A stretch of 63,605 bases of DNA, the filler included, from Candidatus Eiseniibacteriota bacterium (GTDB lineage: Bacteria > Orphanbacterota > Orphanbacteria > Orphanbacterales > Orphanbacteraceae), in the NCBI GenBank assembly GCA_043809585.1. It is 6 parts of 6 records of this genome, joined end to end, with 100 filler letters (N's around TTAATTAATTAA, not from the genome) between each part and the next. Parts side by side here need not be neighbours in the genome. Positions count along the whole stretch, not along the records: positions 39,551 to 61,482 come from JBDROZ010000031.1; positions 61,583 to 63,605 come from JBDROZ010000093.1; 4 more parts are not named here. One strand, given 5' to 3'. Below the pieces are notes generated by a model. The model made no database searches. It was not told the origin of the DNA and saw nothing but the letters and a program-made list of their open reading frames with translations. The number at the start of each line of letters is the position of its first letter. Within the stretch, counting starts at the first letter, position 1. The translations under genes and the position numbers were made by a program. Positions 58,794 to 63,605 of this stretch are shown one piece after another.

Positions 58794-60134
58794 ATGCAGT
58801 TCAAGGAAGTGAGAATCCCCGAGGGCGACCTTATTCAGTACAAGAGCGGCAAGCTGGTCATCGGCGACCGCCCCGTGGTGGGCTATCTCCGGGGCGACGG
58901 CATCGGCCTAGACATCGGCCCGGTCATGAAAAAGGTGGTCGACGCCGCCGTGGAGAAGGCGTACGGCGGGAAGCGGGCCGTCGCCTGGTGCCCCCTCTAC
59001 GCAGGCCTCGAAGGCCTTACCCGCTACGGCAGCGAGTTCCCCGACGAGACCGTGGAGGCGATCAAGTTCCTCCGCGTCGCCATCAAGGGCCCCTTCACGA
59101 CTCCCATCGGAGAGGAGACCCATGTCTGCCTGCACTGCGCCCACCAGCAGTACCACCCGGGCGCCTGCGACAAGTGCAAGAAGGACGACGGCGTCTGCCC
59201 GCGCTTCCGCTCGATCAACGTCCGCTTCCGCCAGCGCCTCGATCTCTTCGCCTGCGTCCGCCCGATCCGCTACTTCGAGGGCGTGCCGGCGCCGAACAAA
59301 TACGCCGACAAGGTCGACTTCGTCATCTTCCGGGAGAACACGGAGGACGTGTACGCCGGCTACGACTACGAGAACGGCAGCGAGATGGCGAAGGCGATCA
59401 TCGCACTCATCAAGGAGAAGGACGGCCGGGAGATTCGCTCCGACTCGGGGATCGGCGTGAAGCCGATCTCGGTCTACGGCACCCAGAGGATCGTGCGGAA
59501 GGCCCTGCAGTGGGCCGTGGCCCAGAAACTCCCGTCGATGACGCTCGTCCACAAGGGCAACATCATGAAGTTCACCGAAGGGTCCTTCGCCAAGTGGGGC
59601 TATGAGCTGGCGGAGAAGGAGTTCGGCGGCGTCACGATCAGCGAGAAGAGGCTATGGGACGAGTTCGGCGGCAAGATGCCCCAGGGGAAGATCCTCGTGA
59701 AGGACCGGATCGCCGATTCCATCTTCCAGCAGATCCAGACGCGCCCCGACGAGTACAGCGTCCTCACCCTGCCGAACCTGAACGGCGACTACCTGTCGGA
59801 CGCGGCCATCGCCCTCGTCGGCGGCCTCGGCCTCGGACCGGGCGCCAACATGTCCGACGAGGTGGCCCTCTTCGAGGCGACCCACGGCACGGCGCCGAAG
59901 TACACGGGGCTGGACAAGGTGAACCCGGGATCGCTGATCCTCTCCGCCGTGATGATGCTGAACCACATGGGGTGGAACGAAGCGGCGGACCGGATCCTCG
60001 GCGGGATGGAGAAGGCGATCAAGGACGCGGAGGTCACCTACGACCTGGCCCGCCTCATGCAGCGCGAGGGACGGAAGGGCGTGAACGAGGTCTCCTGCAG
60101 CGGGTTCGGCGAGGCGATCGTCGCACGGATGTAG
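58794..60134 (+). CDS. icd: NADP-dependent isocitrate dehydrogenase (E. coli type) with Cys-rich insertion
   Basis: GDGIGLDI, IKGPFTTP, FRENTEDVYAG, LVHKGNIMKFTEG, NLNGDYLSD, FEATHGTAPKY, VTYDLAR. Confidence 0.96.
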   Translation: MQFKEVRIPEGDLIQYKSGKLVIGDRPVVGYLRGDGIGLDIGPVMKKVVDAAVEKAYGGKRAVAWCPLYAGLEGLTRYGSEFPDETVEAIKFLRVAIKGPFTTPIGEETHVCLHCAHQQYHPGACDKCKKDDGVCPRFRSINVRFRQRLDLFACVRPIRYFEGVPAPNKYADKVDFVIFRENTEDVYAGYDYENGSEMAKAIIALIKEKDGREIRSDSGIGVKPISVYGTQRIVRKALQWAVAQKLPSMTLVHKGNIMKFTEGSFAKWGYELAEKEFGGVTISEKRLWDEFGGKMPQGKILVKDRIADSIFQQIQTRPDEYSVLTLPNLNGDYLSDAAIALVGGLGLGPGANMSDEVALFEATHGTAPKYTGLDKVNPGSLILSAVMMLNHMGWNEAADRILGGMEKAIKDAEVTYDLARLMQREGRKGVNEVSCSGFGEAIVARM

Positions 60135-60175
60135 CGGCCCGCGGGCGGCCGTCACCGAAGCCGGGATGTCATGAG

Positions 60176-61246
60176 ATGAGCGAAGTCTATTACGCTCCGG
60201 GAAAGCGAAGCGACTCGAACCGGGAGACGACCCGGAAGGTGGACGTTCTCTGGGAGGCGGCCCGCCTGGGCGACTGCTTCGGGCGTCTCGATCTGACGGC
60301 GATCAAGCTCCACGTCGGAGAGCCGGGGAAGACCACCTTCGTAAGGCCCGTGGTGGCCCGGGCCCTCGTCGAGCGTCTGCGGATCGTCGGCGCCCGCCCG
60401 TTCCTCACCGACACGTGCGTCCTCTACAAGAGCCCCCGGAACAACGGCGTCGGTCACGCGCGGGTCGCCTCGAACCACGGCTTCTCCATCGAGCAGACCG
60501 GCGCCCCTTTCCTTCCGGCGGACGGGCTCTCGGGAGAGGAAGAGGTGGAGATGGAGGCCGGCGGGAAGCACTTCAAGACCGTTTCCATCGCCGCCGGCAT
60601 CGCCCGGGCGCGAAGCATGCTCGTCCTCTCCCACGCCACGGGCCATCTCGCCACCGGATTCGGCGGCGCCCTCAAGAACGTCGGCATGGGGTGCGCCACG
60701 AGGAAAGCGAAACTCCGGATGCACTTCGGCCGGCAGCCGGACATTTCACCGGACCTCTGCGACGGGTGCGGCGAATGCGCCGCCGCGTGCCCGGAAGAGG
60801 CCATCGCGATCGACGGCACGGCGGCGATCGATATGGACCGGTGCATCGGGTGCGGGGCGTGCGTCGCGCGCTGCGTCCGGGACGCCGTCGCCTTCGACTG
60901 GACCGTGTCGGGGATCGAGCTTCAGGAGAGGATCGTGGAGCACGCCGCGGCTGTCATCCGGGCGCGCCCGAAGAAGATCGTCTACGTCACCAGTGCGACA
61001 TCCATCACCAAAGATTGCGACTGCCTGGGTTCGCCCCAGGAACCGGTCTGCGAGGACATCGGCATCCTCGCGTCGTGGGACCCGGTGGCGATCGACGACG
61101 CGATCCTCCGCATGATCGAGGAACGATCGGGCAAGACCCTCGAATCCATGACGTACCCCCTCCACGACGCCCGAGCCCAGATACGTTATGCCGTCAAGAT
61201 GGGTCTCGGCCGCCCCGCCTCCAAGATCATCAACGTCGGCGGGTAA
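60176..61246 (+). CDS. DUF362-family protein with two 4Fe-4S ferredoxin motifs
   Basis: AIKLHVGEPG, PFLTDT, GFGGALKNVGMG, CDGCGECAAACP, CIGCGACVARC, DCDC, DPVAID. Confidence 0.88.
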   Translation: MSEVYYAPGKRSDSNRETTRKVDVLWEAARLGDCFGRLDLTAIKLHVGEPGKTTFVRPVVARALVERLRIVGARPFLTDTCVLYKSPRNNGVGHARVASNHGFSIEQTGAPFLPADGLSGEEEVEMEAGGKHFKTVSIAAGIARARSMLVLSHATGHLATGFGGALKNVGMGCATRKAKLRMHFGRQPDISPDLCDGCGECAAACPEEAIAIDGTAAIDMDRCIGCGACVARCVRDAVAFDWTVSGIELQERIVEHAAAVIRARPKKIVYVTSATSITKDCDCLGSPQEPVCEDIGILASWDPVAIDDAILRMIEERSGKTLESMTYPLHDARAQIRYAVKMGLGRPASKIINVGG

Positions 61247-61292
61247 CGCCTCTCCGTGGACAGACGCTGGAATCGGTCCCTAACGTGGGGGG

Positions 61293-61481
61293 TTATTCGC
61301 CCACGGGGCGCCAGCGGCGCAGATCGATCGAGTTGGCGACGACCGACACGGACGACAGGGCCATGGCGAGGGCGGCGATCTCCGGGGGGAGCGTGATTCC
61401 CCAGGGGGAGAAGAGTCCCGCGGCAAAGGGGATCATCACCACGTTGTAGACGAGGGCCCAGAAGAGGTTCTGCTTGATCTT
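61293..61481 (-). CDS. C-terminal fragment of a heavy-metal P1B-type ATPase (CopA-like), truncated by the contig end
   Basis: Not in the ORF track: [22 protein letters not shown]...[24 protein letters not shown]; the YN and MxxSS motifs are typical of Cu(I) pumps. Confidence 0.9.
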   Translation of the reverse strand, partial: KIKQNLFWALVYNVVMIPFAAGLFSPWGITLPPEIAALAMALSSVSVVANSIDLRRWRPVGE

Positions 61482-61842
61482 GNNNNNNNNNNNNNNNNNN
61501 NNNNNNNNNNNNNNNNNNNNNNNNNNTTAATTAATTAANNNNNNNNNNNNNNNNNNNNNNNNNNNNNNNNNNNNNNNNNNNNGGCTCAGGATGTCGGACC
61601 GCCGGCCCTCACAAACAGGAACAGGCCGCGCGCTTCAGCACAAGAGATGATCCCCCTCGGGATCGACAGGGATCCTCTCGCGAAAGTCACATGCGATCAT
61701 CCCTCCGGGGTTGGCCGAGTTCCTCGCCCCGCGGATCGAGGGGCCCCGCGGGAGGATTGCCGCCCGACGGCGATCTCGACACGGAGGGAGGACGCATCGC
61801 TTTCGCTAATGGGCCTTTTCCGGTCGCCGCCGGCTAACTTGC

Positions 61843-61872
61843 TTGACTTCATCTGGTTAAGTGTGGTATACA
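61843..61872 (+). promoter_or_regulatory. Candidate sigma70 promoter
   Basis: TTGACT, 18-nt spacer, TATACA with an extended -10 TG; about 120 nt upstream of ATG 61991. Confidence 0.5.
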
Positions 61873-61990
61873 TTAAGCGTCTTCGATGTCTCCCCGTCCG
61901 CCGTTGCCCGGCACGATGAATCGCATGGAATCGATCGGATCGCCGAAAGGCCGTCCGCTCTCCGGCCCATCTTTCCGAGGAGGTCGTCCG

Positions 61991-63605
61991 ATGGTCCCCA
62001 CGCGCCGCCCGGTTCCCCTCCCCGTCCTGCTTGTCCTCCTGGTCCTTTGCCTTCCAGTGATCGCATATGCCACCGATCCCTCAGGAGGAACCGGAGGGAG
62101 TCCGATCAACGGGTCCCTGGGCGTCCGTGTGATCGACGGGAACACGCAGGCGCCCCTCCCGGGTGCGTTCGTCATGGTCGGCCTTTACGACGGGTGGCCT
62201 TTCCCCGGGAACTGGGGATTCACCGACGGCGCGGGGGAGATCACCTTCGCCGACCCGGGCCTGACGGGACCGGTGACCGTGACGGCGGGCTTTGCGGGGT
62301 ACGGTTACTTCACGATTCTCGACGTGAACGGCGACGACCTCGTCCTTCCCCTCGATCCGATCACCACCGCCGGGGCGGAGTACGAGGTCGGTGATTTCGT
62401 CTCGGGTATCGACGTCAACAACGGCGCGTTCAACCTCGGTGACGGGAACCTGGACATGGCGATCGTCCTTCCGGCCCTCTCCATGGAAGACATGATGGCC
62501 TTCGATATGGGGAGTCTGTTCGGTCCGCCCGACACACTCGACATTCTGGGAACGCCTTTCGCCGTTCCCTCGAACATGTTCATCCCCTCCCAGTACGAAG
62601 TTCTCACGGAAATCGTTAAGGATCACTACGGACTCCTCCTCGAGGCCGGCGATTTCACACTCACCGCACTCTCGGGGCGGATCGCCCTCCAGGATCTGGC
62701 GAACGCCGTCGATATCATGGACCTGATTCCCGCCCTCCACTGGCGGGAGACGGATATCCTGGATATCACCGTGACCGGGCCGTCGGCCTCCGCCGATCTG
62801 TTCGTCGACCCGGATCTCGTGAACACCGTGGGGCTCACGGTCGGGAACCTGCCGGAAAGCGGCACCGCCTGGTGCATCTCCGCCGGCGACCTGGACGGGG
62901 CGAACGGCAACGGCCGACTCGCGCCCCTCGGCATCGGCTCGATCTCCTGCCCCGGAGGCGCGGGCCCCTGCGGCGGATCGGTCTCCCTGACGACCACGGC
63001 CGCCTCGGGTGAATTCGCCGGCATGACCTACTTCCCGGCGGTGGCCTTCGACTCGGACATCGGCGACGACGTCCTGGTCGCCATGAACCGGTCCGCCCAC
63101 GGCCAGACCTACTCGGAGACGATCGACGATTTCTTCTCTCCCCTCGATCTCTCGTACGACAACGGCCTCTTCTCCTGGAGCGACACGGAAAATCCAGTCT
63201 CGGGGAGCCCCGCCGTCGATCTGCACATGGCGCGCCTCGAGAACGCCGCGGGCGATTCCGTCTTCTGGAGGTTTCTGCTCCCCGGCGACCGTCTCTCCAT
63301 GCTCGTCCCGTGGCTTCCGCCGACCGCTCCTCCGGCGCCGGGCGAGGGAGGCGCCCTCGCGTGGCGGCACGTATCGGCCGCCCTCGGATTCGACCTTGCA
63401 GCGTTCGACTTCGACGCCTTCCCCTTCTCCGACATCATCGCCCACGCCAGCCATCTCGCCCTCGACGGGCGGAGCGTCTTCTTCGGAAGCATCGCGACCG
63501 GCGTGGATGAATCGAACGCGCCCTCACGGTTCCCGATCCAGGGGAACGAACCGAACCCGTTCAACCCCCGGACGACGATCCGCATCGACCTTCCCGAAGA
63601 GGCGG
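61991..63605 (+). CDS. Secreted hypothetical protein with FlgD-Ig C-terminal domain, partial
   Basis: Absent from the ORF track because no stop falls in the window. GGAGG RBS, signal peptide MVPTRRPVPLPVLLVLLVLCLPVIAYA, and in-frame GNEPNPFNPRTTIRIDLPE at the edge. Confidence 0.85.
   Translation, partial: MVPTRRPVPLPVLLVLLVLCLPVIAYATDPSGGTGGSPINGSLGVRVIDGNTQAPLPGAFVMVGLYDGWPFPGNWGFTDGAGEITFADPGLTGPVTVTAGFAGYGYFTILDVNGDDLVLPLDPITTAGAEYEVGDFVSGIDVNNGAFNLGDGNLDMAIVLPALSMEDMMAFDMGSLFGPPDTLDILGTPFAVPSNMFIPSQYEVLTEIVKDHYGLLLEAGDFTLTALSGRIALQDLANAVDIMDLIPALHWRETDILDITVTGPSASADLFVDPDLVNTVGLTVGNLPESGTAWCISAGDLDGANGNGRLAPLGIGSISCPGGAGPCGGSVSLTTTAASGEFAGMTYFPAVAFDSDIGDDVLVAMNRSAHGQTYSETIDDFFSPLDLSYDNGLFSWSDTENPVSGSPAVDLHMARLENAAGDSVFWRFLLPGDRLSMLVPWLPPTAPPAPGEGGALAWRHVSAALGFDLAAFDFDAFPFSDIIAHASHLALDGRSVFFGSIATGVDESNAPSRFPIQGNEPNPFNPRTTIRIDLPEEA

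Noticed and set aside
59112-59204. Intein in icd
   Set aside because: Far too short and lacks C/S...HN splicing termini.

Overview
GC-rich bacterial DNA made of six contigs joined by artificial 100-nt N/TTAATTAATTAA linkers (1-9282, 9383-17700, 17801-29378, 29479-39450, 39551-61482, 61583-63605), so gene order across linkers is not meaningful. Secreted proteins with FlgD-Ig/PNPFNP C-terminal domains, a C-terminal SWGxVKxLFR tail, GWxTD-type proteins and a DUF6029/TlpA/Omp28-like cluster suggest an FCB-related candidate lineage such as Eisenbacteria, Krumholzibacteriota or Latescibacterota (inference). Genes: an IS630 left end, TonB-dependent receptor, Wzx flippase, four-gene minor (pseudo)pilin cluster, FKBP, M28 and M6 proteases, PP2C phosphatase, RRM protein, beta-helix protein, alpha-2-macroglobulin with one in-frame TGA, an unknown outer-membrane barrel protein, a CoA-activase/dehydratase operon, MFS-JAB-MoeZ, an OPT transporter, two GWxTD-like paralogs, polysaccharide genes, a putative surface thiol-redox operon, a carbamoyltransferase, icd, DUF362 and a CopA-type tail. 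Most notable: (1) a Cys/His-rich zinc-ribbon-like insertion in the regulatory loop of isocitrate dehydrogenase; (2) a four-gene operon that looks like a trans-outer-membrane thiol-disulfide relay with a shared ICVxGxC motif; (3) a promoter-to-terminator structured RNA candidate with a 14-codon ORF at about 4300-4570; (4) several MITE-like families that end at CTAG, often at TAG stop codons, plus two structured repeat families with stem-preserving variation. All calls come from reading motifs by eye; no database searches were run.
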